Positions 42,723 to 58,651 of a stretch of 64,000 nt of DNA are shown piece by piece (the stretch's first letter is position 1; each line of letters starts with the position of its first letter). Source of the DNA: Eledone cirrhosa. Its lineage: Eukaryota. Location of the stretch: the NCBI GenBank assembly GCA_964016885.1, contig OZ024761.1:124001-188000 (forward strand). Reading direction: 5' to 3'. Under the pieces are notes generated by a model. It had not been told where the DNA came from, did no database searches, and saw nothing but the letters and a program-made list of their open reading frames with translations. Made by a program: the position numbers and the translations under genes.

Positions 42723-43813
42723 CAAAGTTTGTTTTATAAATATTGACATATCCAGGAAGGAGATCTTAACGGTTCAAGTTTTTCCAGGAAAAACTTATAT
42801 ATATATATATAGGTGTGTGTGTGTGTGTGTGTGTGTATATACATATATATATAGTTGTGTGCTCATGCGTGGGTTTGCTATAAAATCGCTTATAAAATAG
42901 GTTGTGTAGTGTTAGCTTACTACCTATATTTTTCCGTAAGAACAAAACATTATGACTGCACCATAAACCATGATTCTAGATAAGTCTTAAAATAAAAAAA
43001 TTGGATTTTCCTTTCGGGTAAATCCGACACGTGAGCCAAACAGACCCCTATGGCGCTCTAAACACGTGAATACTTTTACTTAGTTGATAATCCGGGCCTG
43101 ATATAGTATGTACATACTTATATGATGTTATTTTTATCCGGCTTCACTGGAAATCATCTTTCTCTCTCGATCTTGTGGTTTCTGCTAAAAGCTTTGCTCG
43201 AAATAGCCCTGTCGGGTTGGTGTTGGTGTTGGTGTTGGTTGCGTTTGTTTGAGGTGTGTGGTGGTGGTGGTTGTGTTTGTTGGAGGTGGGTCGGACTTAG
43301 TGAAGATGTTAGTGTGATGGTGGTGGTTGTGTTTGTTGGAGGTAGGTGGGTCGGTCTTAGTGAAGGTTTTAGTGTGATGGTGGTGGTTGTGTTTGTTGGA
43401 GGTGGGTGGGTCGGACTTAGTGAAGGTTTTAGTGTGGTGGTGGTAGTGGTTGTGTGTGGGGGTAATGGTAGTGGTGGTAGTCTTAGCATACGCTTTAAAA
43501 AAAAATTTGAAACCGTCTTAAATAATTTCGAGCAGTCGGAAGCAATAGAAAAAAAGAGAAAAAACTAATAAACAGGACATGAAGGAACACGTCGTTGAAA
43601 GACATGAAACATGGCCTTAAGACTAAACAAACGAATTTCGTGCTCGCCACTGAGTGAAAAGTATGGAAGGTCAGAAGGATAGAATTAGTCACAGAAGGTA
43701 ATATGGATGACACAGAAGAAATATTGTGTAGTGTCTGAAAATTCTTTAAACCAAATTGTAGACGGAATGCAACAACACAAAATGTATTTGTCATTGTAAT
43801 ATTACTAACAATG

Positions 43814-44165
43814 TGAAGGTGCATTTAGTCGTTAGAGCGTTGGGCTTACAGTCGTGAGGTTGAGAGTTCGAATCTCGAACTGGGTGATGCGCTGTGTCCT
43901 TGAGCAAGACACTTTATTTCACGTTGCTCCAGTTTTCTGAGTTGTAGAAATGAGTTGCGACGTCTCTGATGCCAAGCAGTAACGGTCATTGCCTTTGCCT
44001 TGGACAACATCTGTGGCGTGGAGAGGGGGGGGAGGCTGGTATGCTTGGGCGACTGCTGGTCTTCCACAAACGCACCTTGTCCGGACGTGTGCCACGGAAG
44101 GGAACCTTTTAGGTGCAAATCTCAGTTATTCATGACCGAAAAGGTTCTTTACACTTTACCCTTAC
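43814..44165 (+). mobile_element. tRNA-derived SINE, near full length
   Basis: tRNA-like head (GAGTTCGAATC) plus TGTCCTTGAGCAAGACACTTTATTTCACGTTGCTCCAG. Confidence 0.82.
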
Positions 44166-44414
44166 TACTATCTATAGTAGATTTAATAGTTAGATTTAAT
44201 TGATAAGTTGTTTTGACCAACTAGACTACGCAACGGTCTGTAACTATTTACAGGATTTTGTATACTGATATAGAAAAAAAGTTAAGGGTATAAAAATATA
44301 TTCCTCAGATATAATTACATAAAAATAAGAAAGAATTTAATATTTTGACAAACAGAAAAAGCCGCTTTAGTGATGAATATGTCGTAGGTAAATAAAACTT
44401 TAGAAGGTAGAGAC

Positions 44415-44552
44415 GTGGCAGATTCGTTATCACATCAGATAGAATGCTTTACAGTATTCGTTCCGGCTCTCTGCGTTCTGAGTTCAAATCCCACCGAGGA
44501 CCAGCTTTGCTTTTCATAGTTTCGAAGTCTATAAAAAATGCACCAGTCTAGG
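44415..44552 (+). mobile_element. Octopus-type SINE copy
   Basis: CGTTCTGAGTTCAAATCCCACCGAGG..TTTGCTTTTCAT. Confidence 0.7.
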
Positions 44553-44830
44553 ACTGAACCCGATTTTTTTTCTCATTTTCTCTTTATCATCCTCTCTATC
44601 ATACTTTGGAAAAAATCAGCTGTGATCAAGCTTGGAGAGGGACTGAGCTGCCCAGGTTTAAAATACCCAAGAAACGCCCTATTGATATACAGCACCCCTA
44701 CGACATCAAGATTTACGGGTCCATACCTACATATATACATACATGACAAGTATGTATACATACATACATGTAATAACTACATGGACACATGTACAGATAC
44801 ACATGCAGACATGCAATAACATCCATACCT

Positions 44831-44863
<33 letters not shown>

Positions 44864-45553
44864 TACGCAGACATGCATACTTATCTACCTAGTTGATGAT
44901 GTTTAAATTCCAATGAAAGTCTTGTGTCTATGACAGAAACCGACTCTCTCTCTCTCTTTTTTCTCTCTCTTTCACTCTCTTTTTCTCTCTCTTTCTCTCC
45001 CTTTTTCTCTCTTTCTCTCTCTCTTTCTCTCTCTTTTTCTCTCTCTTTCTCTCTCTCTATCTCTTGGTAAAAAATTATAAACTTAGAAAACCAGAACATT
45101 CATGCATCGATCCATACATACATACAAATGAAACGTTAAATAAAATTAGATAGAATTAAATTAGAACCAAGAATATGTTTAAAATTCCTTTTAAATTAAT
45201 TTAAGAAGCATGTGTGTGGTATTCATTTTACATTGATTTGCTAAATATCGGGTTAGTTTCTCTGATCACGCTGACTGAGGTAATAAACCAGGTTTATTTG
45301 CGGATCTGATAACTAGAAACTCGTATAAATATTTATGTGTATCGTTAAGTGAGAAGTTATCGCAATATGTGAAATTAGGAAGTAAATATGTAAGATTTTA
45401 TAATAATCTGCTACAGTTTACTTTGCCGTCACATTATTAATTAATGTATTATACAATTTATATTCCACCCTACTCACAAAAAGAATATATATACGAGTAT
45501 ATATAGATGAATATATATCAATATATATCAATACTTATTTACCTCAAAGAACA

Positions 45554-45601
<48 letters not shown>

Positions 45602-45696
45602 AGTATATATATATATGTATGTATATACATGTATATATGTGTATATGTATATATATGTATATATATATGCATGTATATATATGTATATATATATGC

Positions 45697-45781
<85 letters not shown>

Positions 45782-45889
45782 AAATGATACGAAACAAAAG
45801 GAGCTTGTGGTTACTAAAAACAAGGTTTAGGATGGTGGTTAGTACGGAACATATATATGTATATATATATATATGTAAATACATATATA

Positions 45890-46005
<116 letters not shown>

Positions 46006-46067
46006 CATATATAAATATGTAAATACATATATATGTATATATATATATATATATATATGTGTGTATA

Positions 46068-48221
<2,154 letters not shown>

Positions 48222-48547
48222 GCAAAAGTTTTATTTAAAATTGTTGGGATACAACAAATAAATATTTTATAACTGATATAAAGCACTCGACAAGTTTTTG
48301 GAGTAGATATACGATATTAAATAAATGGAAATTATATTTATAAAACCATATTTATTTCATTATACATATTTTAGGGATACCAAATTAAAATATGGCATGC
48401 CTTCGTCAGATAAAATACAATATATAAACAGTTTTATAAATAATTTTGACGTACCCTATTAGAAGCGACCATTATTTTTGGAAGCTGTCTGGATAGTGAG
48501 ATGTTCATAATTATTTTATTAGTTATAGTGTTAAGCACAGTTAGAAT

Positions 48548-49826
48548 CATCTGACTCAGCTCAGGTAACGGACCTTGTGGGCCTATTTATAATTAATTCG
48601 CTACATAGAAAAATACCAGGTGTAACCGGAGGATTATATCGTGATGACATGCTTTTACTTATTGAAAATAATAGCTGTGAACTAAATAGAAAAAGAAAAC
48701 AAATTATACAATTTTTTAATTACCTAAATCTAAAAATAGAAATAGAGAATAACCATAGAATAGTCAATTTTCTGGATGTAACACTAAATCTCAACACATG
48801 TCTTCATTATCCATTTCACAAACTAAATGAGAACTTGAATTATGTCAATTTTAACTCTAATCACCCCAGATCTGTTAAAAATACTATAGTGAACTCTGTT
48901 CAAGAACGAATTTCAGGAATTTCATCTAATAAAAATATTTTTGATGAAAAAGCGCAGTATTACAATGAAGCGTTAGCTAGAGCAGGATATAGAGATAAAA
49001 TTAAGTACATCGATAATAATAAGCAAACTAACCAAAATAATAACAATTTTAATTACGGTAACAACATTAACAACTGTAATAGAAAACATTACAATAATTC
49101 CAAAAGCCGAAAAAGAAATAGAACTAGAAATATATTATGGTTTGCCCCCCCACCCACCCCCCCACCCCGCCCTTTTCACTAAATATTAAAACCCATATTG
49201 CTAAACTATTCTTTAATGCTCTTGACAAACGCTTCCCTAGAACACATAAATATCACTCAATTTTTAATAGACACACTATAAAATTAACTTACTCGTCCAC
49301 CAAAAATTTAGCACAAAATATTAACAGAATTAATAATAGGAATTTAAAACCTAACCAAAATACCAATAATAACCCAAACAATATTCAATTAAATAACTGT
49401 AACTGTAGAAATAAATCTAACTGTCCGTTAAATAACAACTGCTTAGCTAAAAATGTAGTGTACAATTGTAATGTTAAAACTAATTTAAATTCTTTCAACT
49501 ATGTTGGTTCCACCTCGACAGAATTTAAACTTCGCTTCAATAATCATAAGAATACTTTCACAGATCCAAACAAAAAATCCTCAACTTCGCTATCAAGCCT
49601 ACTCTGGCACCTTAAACGAGATAATGTTAAATATTCGATGTTTTGGAATATAGTCTCAAAAGAGATTCCTTTTAATTCCTCATCAGAGACTTGTGATCTT
49701 TGTGTAGAGGAAATATTCTTTATATTAAAGTCCAAAAATTCCCTTAATTTAAGGAGCAATTTATTCAGTTGCTGCAGACATAGATTGAACTCAACGTTTA
49801 AATATAAATATAAATTTAAAATGTAG
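48548..49826 (+). pseudogene. Naiad-like PLE RT plus GIY-YIG, frameshifted in a C-rich tract (~49146-49172)
   Basis: SDSAQVTDLVGLF, GLYRDD, VNFLDVTLNL, SNHP, RNILWF.PPFS, CNCRNKSNCPL...CL..NVVY, YVGST..FK.RF.NH, CDLC.EE, LN.RS...CRH. Confidence 0.9.
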
Positions 49827-51283
49827 TATAATTAATTAAGAAATTTAGTTAATATATGAAACCTGACGATAAATCATTTGATTCCTTCACCTTTTTCTTT
49901 TTAAACTTTCTTCCTAAATATAAACAAGGATATAATAAACTACTCTAAAATGTATATGCTCCCAATGTATTAAATAAAATTTACGTAAGATAAATTTCTA
50001 TACTAAATATAAGGGCATCCGTAGAATCACTGGGTCTTCTAAATCTTTTAAATAATTTTTGTTTTTTTATTTGTTTCTTGACTCTGATAGCTTCTAATAA
50101 CTTTCATATGTCTACCCTTGCAATATCTTGTTTGAGATATAGGTAGGATAGATTTCTATAATAAATATATGAAGCATATTGTTTTGGCTTGAGATATTCT
50201 ATAGTGTGTTAAAGATATTTTATTGCTTTGATATTTCTGTATTATTATATTGATATTTGATTATCTCTATACAAAGGCCTTTTGTGTGTATTAACATGCA
50301 TATAAAAGGTTTATAGAGTTTATTTATGTGTTCGTATATATGTCTGTATATGTGCATAACGATGCTGGAAAACTCACGCAGATATTTATTTATACATATA
50401 TATATGTATATGTATGGTTCTGTGTGTATATGTTGATGTGTGGTGCAGATGTGCATAATATTAAATACATGAGCGGTAATCATGTATGTGAGGACATGAA
50501 TATTAATCGTATGTTTTATGTATATATACTGTGAAATTTTTATAACACAAGAAATGTATAGAAGTGATCAAGTGAAATCATTGTATGTCTATATTATTGA
50601 CTAGAGTAGACATAATTTTCTCTTTTTTCTTTTTTCAGAACGTACATATGCGTGTATATATATATACATATATGTATCCGTATTTTTATAAATAGGGTAA
50701 TTTTTGAAGGTTTTAACTCAGATTTTGGTATATTGACCTCAGAGTTTTTAAACTAAACATAGGTCATTATTGAACAATGTTATTTTCTGATATTATATAT
50801 CTATGTCTCATTCATGAATATTGATATTTGCATTTTTATTATTCATTTCATATGAATTGTTAATTCAACTTAATATGACATGACGTAAAGTTGTCACTGT
50901 ATCCTCTTCTCTCTATATAGTACTTCCTCTCTCTTGAGTTTCTCTATCTGTATGATGAATTATTATCTCTCTGTTGCTTTCTTTTGCCTTTCTTATTTCT
51001 TTCTTTTTTCTTTTTCATTTGCTCCTATCTATTTATATATATCTTACTTTTTTCTCTCTCTCCTTCTTTTTCTCTCTCCTTCTCTCTCTCCGTTTTTTCT
51101 TTCTCTCCGTTTTTTTTTCTTTCTCTCCGTTTTTTTTCTTTCTCTCCGTCTTTTTTCTAACTGTGCTTAACACTATAACTAATAAAATAATTATAAACAT
51201 CTCACTATCCAGACAGCTTCCAAAAATAGTGGTCGCCTCTAATAGGGTACGTCAAAATTATTTATAAAACTGTTTATATATTG

Positions 51284-51348
51284 TATTTTATCTGACGAAG
51301 GCATGCCATATTTTAATTTGGTATCCCTGAAATATGTATAATGAAATA
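51284..51348 (+). ncRNA. Minimal type-I hammerhead in the 3' pLTR of the Naiad-like element
   Basis: tattttat-CTGACGA-aggcatgcca..tggtatccct-GAAA-tatgta-TA-atgaaata. Confidence 0.82.
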
Positions 51349-51551
51349 AATATGGTTTTATAAATATAGTTTCCATTTATTTAATATCGTATATGTATAT
51401 ATATATATAAAAGGTTAACAGAAATAACAACACAATCGGTACAGTATATAGAAGGGATATATTAGGTTAACGCTTGATATAGCAGGAAGAAATACTTGGA
51501 ACTCTTTTAACCATCTTTTGATCGTATATTATATATGTATATATATATATG

Positions 51552-51596
<45 letters not shown>

Positions 51597-51597
51597 G

Positions 51598-51666
<69 letters not shown>

Positions 51667-51718
51667 ATATATATGTATATATATATATGTGTATATATAT
51701 GTATATATATATATGTGA

Positions 51719-51788
<70 letters not shown>

Positions 51789-51887
51789 GTGTATATATAT
51801 GTATATATATGTATATATATATGTATATATATATATATATGTATATATATGTATATATATATATGTGTATATATATATATATGTATT

Positions 51888-51918
<31 letters not shown>

Positions 51919-52412
51919 TACATATATATATATATATATTACATATATATATATATATATTACATATATATATATATATATTAATAAGGTAATGAATTCT
52001 TTTACAATGGAATCAGCTCGAATGAGGAAAAATATCCCCTGAGCAGTGTATAAATTAATATGTAAGTGATGAAACACAGATACCAACACATCTGTATATA
52101 TATTGCAAAAGAAAAATTTAGCCAGATTGAAGTATACTAATTATTATACTACAGTTTGTCCATATCGATTTAAAATAATAAATCAACGGAGACGAACTGT
52201 ATTGCCAAAAGGCCGTGATGTTTAGACACATTTAAATTTCAAAATCAAACCTGTTCCGTAGATAAGTTTAGACTTTAAGATCCAAATATGTTTCCAGTTA
52301 AATAAGTGTAGGAATATCATGTCCCGCTCTCCTCAGTAAACATCCAGAGACAAATTGATATGCTTCACTTCTAAATAATTTAAAAGACTGCGTGACGCAC
52401 ATGGCTTTACAG

Positions 52413-52559
52413 TATCTAACTAGTCTCATAACCGTACTGCTAGAAATAACAGTCGTATATATGAGGCGGTTTGCAGCTCAAACTAGGAGAAGTTAAAATT
52501 AATAAGGTAATATATACGACTGTTATTTCTGGCAGTACGGTTATGAGACTAGTTAGATA
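52413..52559. repeat. ~48-bp inverted repeat with ~50-bp spacer
   Basis: TATCTAACTAGTCTCATAACCGTACTGC.AGAAATAACAGTCGTATAT and its reverse complement. Confidence 0.85.
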
Positions 52560-53097
52560 TGTGCGCATTTCTTCTAAGTTTAATTTTACAACTAATTGTG
52601 TATGGTTGATGGTATATTTAGTCAGTTTCTACATGCTGTCGAAATGATGGATAAATACCCGACTGGGGCCGCCGCGAAGAGGTTATGTTCGGTTATTTGT
52701 CGGAGATTTCCCCATAAGAGCATTTATTCTTATAGCTGTTCTGATTGATTTTTTATATGGTTAATTATGCTAATTAGAAGAAGAAATAGTATATATTTTA
52801 TTATCTGATGATTCTAAAGACATGATTTATGATATATATACATACACACACATACATACACACACACATACACATACATGTATATATATATATATACATA
52901 CACACACACATACATACACACACACATACACACACATGTATATATATATACATACACACACATACATACACACACATACATATACATACACACACATATA
53001 TACACACACACACATATATATACATACACATACATCCAGATAGACACATACATACACACACACACACACATACATACACATATATATATATGTACAT

Positions 53098-53154
<57 letters not shown>

Positions 53155-54107
53155 TACATACACACACACATATATACATACACACATACACACACACACA
53201 CACACACATATATACACACATACATACACACACACACATATACATACACATACATACATCCACATGCACACACATACACACACACATACACATACATACA
53301 CCCACGCACATAGAGAAATGGCCTCCAAATATATATATATACATACATACACATATATTTTTTCCATAATATAAGAAGTTAGAACAGTGAAATTAAAATA
53401 CAAGTCATTCTGATCACATTGAGTTCTTCATGTAGATTGGGCCCCGCAACCGACAGTGGTGAATTCTGTGTGCGCATATATATATAGATATATGTGTGTG
53501 CACGTGCAGGGTTTAACATGGATGTGTTGGTCACACAAAGGCATGGTCTGTCAACGAATAAACCTGATTCTACAGAATTGGTCTCTGGTCTTTAATAGTG
53601 GTGATAATTATATACATGCACACATACACACACATATCTGTCACTCCGTGCGTATGTGTGTTTATATTTTATGACAATTCTATTGGGGTGATAACCCGTT
53701 TAGTTTTGGTTTAAATTTGTTAAGGAATAGATTTTTTGTGTTTATTCTTTGTTGCTGTGTGAACGAATCTGAGCACTTGTAGAAGGGGAAGATTTTAAAG
53801 TTGGGTAGTGTCATTCCTGCGCAGTTCGCAATATGGCTGCTCAAGGAAACTTTCTTTCTTTTTTTTTGTGATATGGAGATATATGTATGTATATTGTTTC
53901 CACCCCCTCACTGACCAGCAGCTGGCCATCTGGCCATTGCTAAATCTGACCTTAATTCCTCATTCACTACCAGAAAATGACACACAGCAGTCAACTTGCT
54001 GCTACCAAGATGAAAACTACTATGAAATCCCACACTGAATTTTATACTTGAATTTTCAAATCTCAAATTTTAACTCTTCTTATTATTAATTTTTCTTAAT
54101 ATTAATC

Positions 54108-54155
54108 AACATTTGAAAAGATGGCTTTTGCAGACCCATCGAAACCGGTCATTTT
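54108..54155 (+). ncRNA. U3-A8 hammerhead motif in family E (53875-54260)
   Basis: aacat-TTGAAAA-gatggcttttgcagacccatc-GAAA-ccgg-TC-atttt. Confidence 0.65.
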
Positions 54156-54284
54156 TTATACCCTTTATTCTTTCCTTACCTTATAAAATTTTTTTTTTTT
54201 CACAAAAAAGTATCCTGTCTCTTATATATTCCATGTGCCATTACCAACCTCAATTTTCTATATATATATATATATATATATATG

Positions 54285-54467
<183 letters not shown>

Positions 54468-54545
54468 ATATATATATATATATATATATATATGTAATAT
54501 ATATATATATTTTGGCCGGAGTATCGCTATTAGCTTTCTCCGATA

Positions 54546-54582
<37 letters not shown>

Positions 54583-55405
54583 TATATATATATATACACA
54601 TATATATACATATATATATACATATATATGTATATATATATATGTATATATATATATATGCATATACATATATATATGTATATATTGATGTATGTATGTT
54701 TGGTTTTACATATCTATATATGGAAGTGTGTATTTATGTTCACAAACACACACACATACACAAGTGTGTGTGTGTTTTAATTTATATTTATGGCCACGTA
54801 CATATATACATATACTATGTGTATGCATGCATGTCTGTATGTGTATGCATGTCTGTGTATATAGACATAGGCTTGTCCACAATATGTGCATATACTAAAC
54901 GTGTGTGTGTGTATACATGTCTATACATTTGTGTATGCATGTGTGTATGTATGTGTATATAGATATACGTTAGTCTACACTATGTCCATATACTATACAT
55001 GTGTATGTCTGCATGTGTGTGTATGTATGGATGTCTACATATGTGTCTGTATGTATGTGTGTGTGTGTGTGTGTATGTGTATATAGACATACGTTAGTTC
55101 ACAATATAACCATCACTAACAGCACCAGCATCTCCACCACCACCACCACCACCACCAACATTACCATCATCACTATCACCACCATTATTTCATTCCACCA
55201 CTACTTCTACCATTAATATTACCATCGTCATTACCATCACTAGCACCACCACCACCACCATCATCATCATCACCATTTCTACTATCAATACTACCGTTGT
55301 CATAACCATCACTAGCCCCAGCACCAACACCACCACCACCATCACTACTTCCACAACATCACAGAACCATTATTCCATTGGTTCGATCTCTTCGATTGGT
55401 TTCAG

Positions 55406-55529
55406 AAATATTCCATTAATTATTCAAAAGCCGTTGTCTAGAATCGTCTCAACTGCGAATGAAACGTCTTTGAAGGAAATTTGGTGGACAGAATTTTTTA
55501 GTAGAATTCACAGATTTGGTGGGAGAAAG
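55406..55529 (+). CDS. Candidate isolated 124-bp internal exon, product unknown
   Basis: TTTCAG acceptor, AAG|GTCAG donor, open frame NIPLIIQKPLSRIVSTANETSLKEIWWTEFFSRIHRFGGRK; no homology recognised. Confidence 0.25.
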
Positions 55530-55613
55530 GTCAGCCAATAATGTTTCTAATTTTAATCTAGTTTTAGTATTAATTTAATTTATATTTTTATCTTTAATTT
55601 TACGATAGAGTGC

Positions 55614-56262
55614 GTAGCTCGGAGATCAGAGAGTCGCTTCAGGTACAGCCGTTACTTCTCCGAATTGAGAGATAACAGCTCCGATATTATAGACATGTGG
55701 TTATATTCTCTAAGGAAAGAATTGCTGGACAGATTTATAGCTCAGAGTTTAGAGAGTGGTTCCAGGTAGAGCTGCTACTTGTATGAATTGTGAGATCACA
55801 GCTCCGATACTATAGACACGTGGTTAGAATGTCTAAGGAAAGAATTGCTGGATATTTTGTAGCTCGGAGATCAGAGAGTGGTTCCAGGTAGAGCTGCTAC
55901 TTCTATGAATTGTGAGATCACTGCTCCGATATTATAGACATGTGGTTAGAATGTCTAAGGAAAGAATCATTGGACAGATTCTAGGTCGGAGATCAGAGAT
56001 TGACTCCAGGTAGAGCTGCTACTACTCCGAATTGAGAGATAACAGCTCCGGTATTATAGACATGTGGTTAGAATGTCTAAGGAAAGAATCGCTGGACAGA
56101 ATTGTAGCTCGGTGTTCAGGGAGTCACTCCAAATAGAGGTGCTACTTCTCCGAATTGAGTGACCACGGCTCTGATACTACGGGTATGTGACTAGAATACA
56201 AATGGCCGATGGGTCTTTGGAGTAACATTACTCAAGAGAGTGTAGCTCGGAGATCAGAGAGT
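55614..56262. repeat. ~123-bp tandem repeat, 5 diverged units plus a partial unit
   Basis: GTAGCTCGGAGATCAGAGAG and variants at ~55614, 55737, 55859, 55982, 56105 and 56242. Confidence 0.9.
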
Positions 56263-56344
56263 AGCGCTCCACCAACCGACAGGAACCCAAGGGTATAGCC
56301 CGACCAAACTAATGCTTTTTGACTTAGGTACATGAGCAAAAATT

Positions 56345-56490
56345 TTGAGGGGAGGGGAAAGTCGTTGATTAATTCGACCCCGTAAAGATGAAAGGCAAAG
56401 CGAAACTCAGAATACAAAGGACCTTAATTATATGCCACAAACCATTGCTATCCGACGCTCTACCGATCCTGACAATTCACCGCCCGTGGT
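56345..56490 (-). mobile_element. Octopus-type SINE copy
   Basis: TCGACCCCGTAAAGATGAAAGGCAAAG..GAAACTCAGAA. Confidence 0.7.
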
Positions 56491-57576
56491 CGTCTGTCGA
56501 AATAACGATAACGTCTGATTTATTTGCAATATTTCACATTGGCTGTCATTGTAAGAAGAAAGAGATTCAAGTCAGTCGTAGCTAATGATATTGGGGTTGT
56601 TGTAGTCACATTTAATTTTACATCTTGTAATATTAATCGTACAACTGTGAATAAATTGTGGTGTAGTAAATAAATATACAAACGTATATACACCAGGTCC
56701 CAACACAATGGTACCAAACTCCCACTTTCTCTGCCTCAATCTCGCCCTAACTCTCCCCATCTCTCAAGGTGATGGTGATGGAGACGCGCTGGAAGTGGAA
56801 GAGCCATACCAAATGGGTTCACACGCTGGGACAGAATTTTGAGGGAGACGCGCTGGAAGAGCTATTCAGAATGTGGGGTAGATGACCCCTTAGCCTTTGT
56901 CAAGGCAGAATTCTAGGAGAAGGAAAACTCTGATATAACACCTGCAACCCTGATGGTATCCAATGATGTTGACTTGTTCTTCTTTTTGGTAAATATCATC
57001 TTGGTTAAGAGAGTGGGACTGGTTTTGTGAGGGAGACGCGCTGGAAGCGCCAATCTATCTCGCGAGGCTCTCACCTTGCGGGTAGGGTAGCCAGCTCTGG
57101 TGGTGGGTAAGGGGGTGGAGGTGGCCCCTAGGGCCAAGGACACCAGAAGTTTCCACTGCTATGTAGTTTGCTAGAAACAGAAATAGGAAAATAGAGTAAA
57201 GTTGCCATTTTTTTCTGAACCTCCATAGAACACTTAGTAATGTCTATTAACTTAACAAAGACCATTAAGAGGCCATTAACTTAACAAAAACCATTACCAT
57301 ACTATCATATTCTTCCTGTCTTACCTAGGGGGTACAGAGGCGGTGTTTTTGTTTTTGTTTTTTCCTGTAAACATTTTATTTGTTTTGTTTATATAGGCAC
57401 TTATGCACGTGTGTATATATATATGTGTGTGAATATATATGTGTGAATATATATATGTATGTGTGTAAATATGTATGTATGTCTATATGTGTGTGTGTAT
57501 GTGTGTGTGTATATATAACTATATATATGTGTATGCGTGTGTATATATATATATGTGTATATATGTGTGTGTGTGT

Positions 57577-57622
<46 letters not shown>

Positions 57623-57639
57623 ATATATATACATGTATG

Positions 57640-57682
<43 letters not shown>

Positions 57683-58097
57683 ATATATATATATATATAT
57701 ATACATACACACACACATGACCATGGTTGTCAACGTCTACAACTCGTACATCGGACATTGCTGTTACTGACACAAAGTGACGGAGAGAGAGAGGTAGAAA
57801 GAGAGAGAGAAAACCTCCGTGGGAAATAAGCAGCTGTATACAACTTATGTCCTTATATGGGGATTGTTGTGTTCCAGCAAGGTACCAAGCTAGAAAAAAT
57901 ATGGATGAAGGTGATGAAACGCAGGGGACATAGGAAGGATATACTATCTTTATCTCTATTGATCTTCGACACAGTGTCTTTCAAACGGAAACATCCCTGA
58001 TTTATAATCTTTAGGTCTATTTTATTTAATTTCTATTTTTTATTTCTATATGGCGTTATCTTCATGTTTACCTATATCTGTGCACGATTGTATCACG

Positions 58098-58135
<38 letters not shown>

Positions 58136-58140
58136 TAAAG

Positions 58141-58173
<33 letters not shown>

Positions 58174-58176
58174 GAG

Positions 58177-58577
58177 AGATGACCCCTTAGCCTTTGTCAA
58201 GGCAGAATTCTAGGAGAAGGAAAACTCTGATATAACACCTGCAACCCTGATGGTATCCAATGATGTTGACTTGTTCTTCTTTTTGGTAAATATCATCTTG
58301 GTTAAGAGAGCGGGACTGGCTTTGTGCACTGCCTTTGCTCACTATAAAAGCTTCACGGCACAGGCATTGCTTTATATCTGGAGATCTCTCCCACTTGTCG
58401 TCACATGGTACCATGGGCCCAGCACTATGTGTCAATAATTGTCACAAGTGTAGTGTTTGTACCAGAGTTTTCAAGTCGCTGGCTGGACTAAAAAGTCACA
58501 CTCGTTCAGCGCATCGGTAGGGGTTCTCCTACATGGATATGAAGTAGTGGCCGTACTCGAAAACGAGTTGGCAGCCA

Positions 58578-58580
<3 letters not shown>
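58177..58580 (+). mobile_element. RTE-like LINE-derived short element (5'-UTR-like segment joined to the 3' end)
   Basis: C2H2 remnant CSVCTRVFKSLAGLKSHTRSAH, 3' stem-loop ACTCGAAAACGAGT, (TA)n tail; 58179-58319 is duplicated at 56881-57022. Confidence 0.6.

Positions 58581-58644
<64 letters not shown>

Positions 58645-58651
<7 letters not shown>

Larger units (their letters stand above)
48224..51392 (+). mobile_element. 5'-truncated Naiad-like PLE with an inverted 5' pLTR copy
   Basis: 48308-48546 is the reverse complement of 51155-51392; RT-EN ORF inside; (TA)n flanks. Confidence 0.88.

Noticed and set aside
43814-43885. tRNA gene
   Set aside because: Degenerate tRNA-like head that continues into a SINE body found in multiple copies.
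49850-49890. SECIS element after the Naiad-like ORF
   Set aside because: ATGA..AA..GA spacing and helix are not convincing, and the visible ORF has no in-frame TGA.
55614-56262. CRISPR-like array
   Set aside because: Whole units are homologous with no unique spacers; eukaryotic context and no cas genes.
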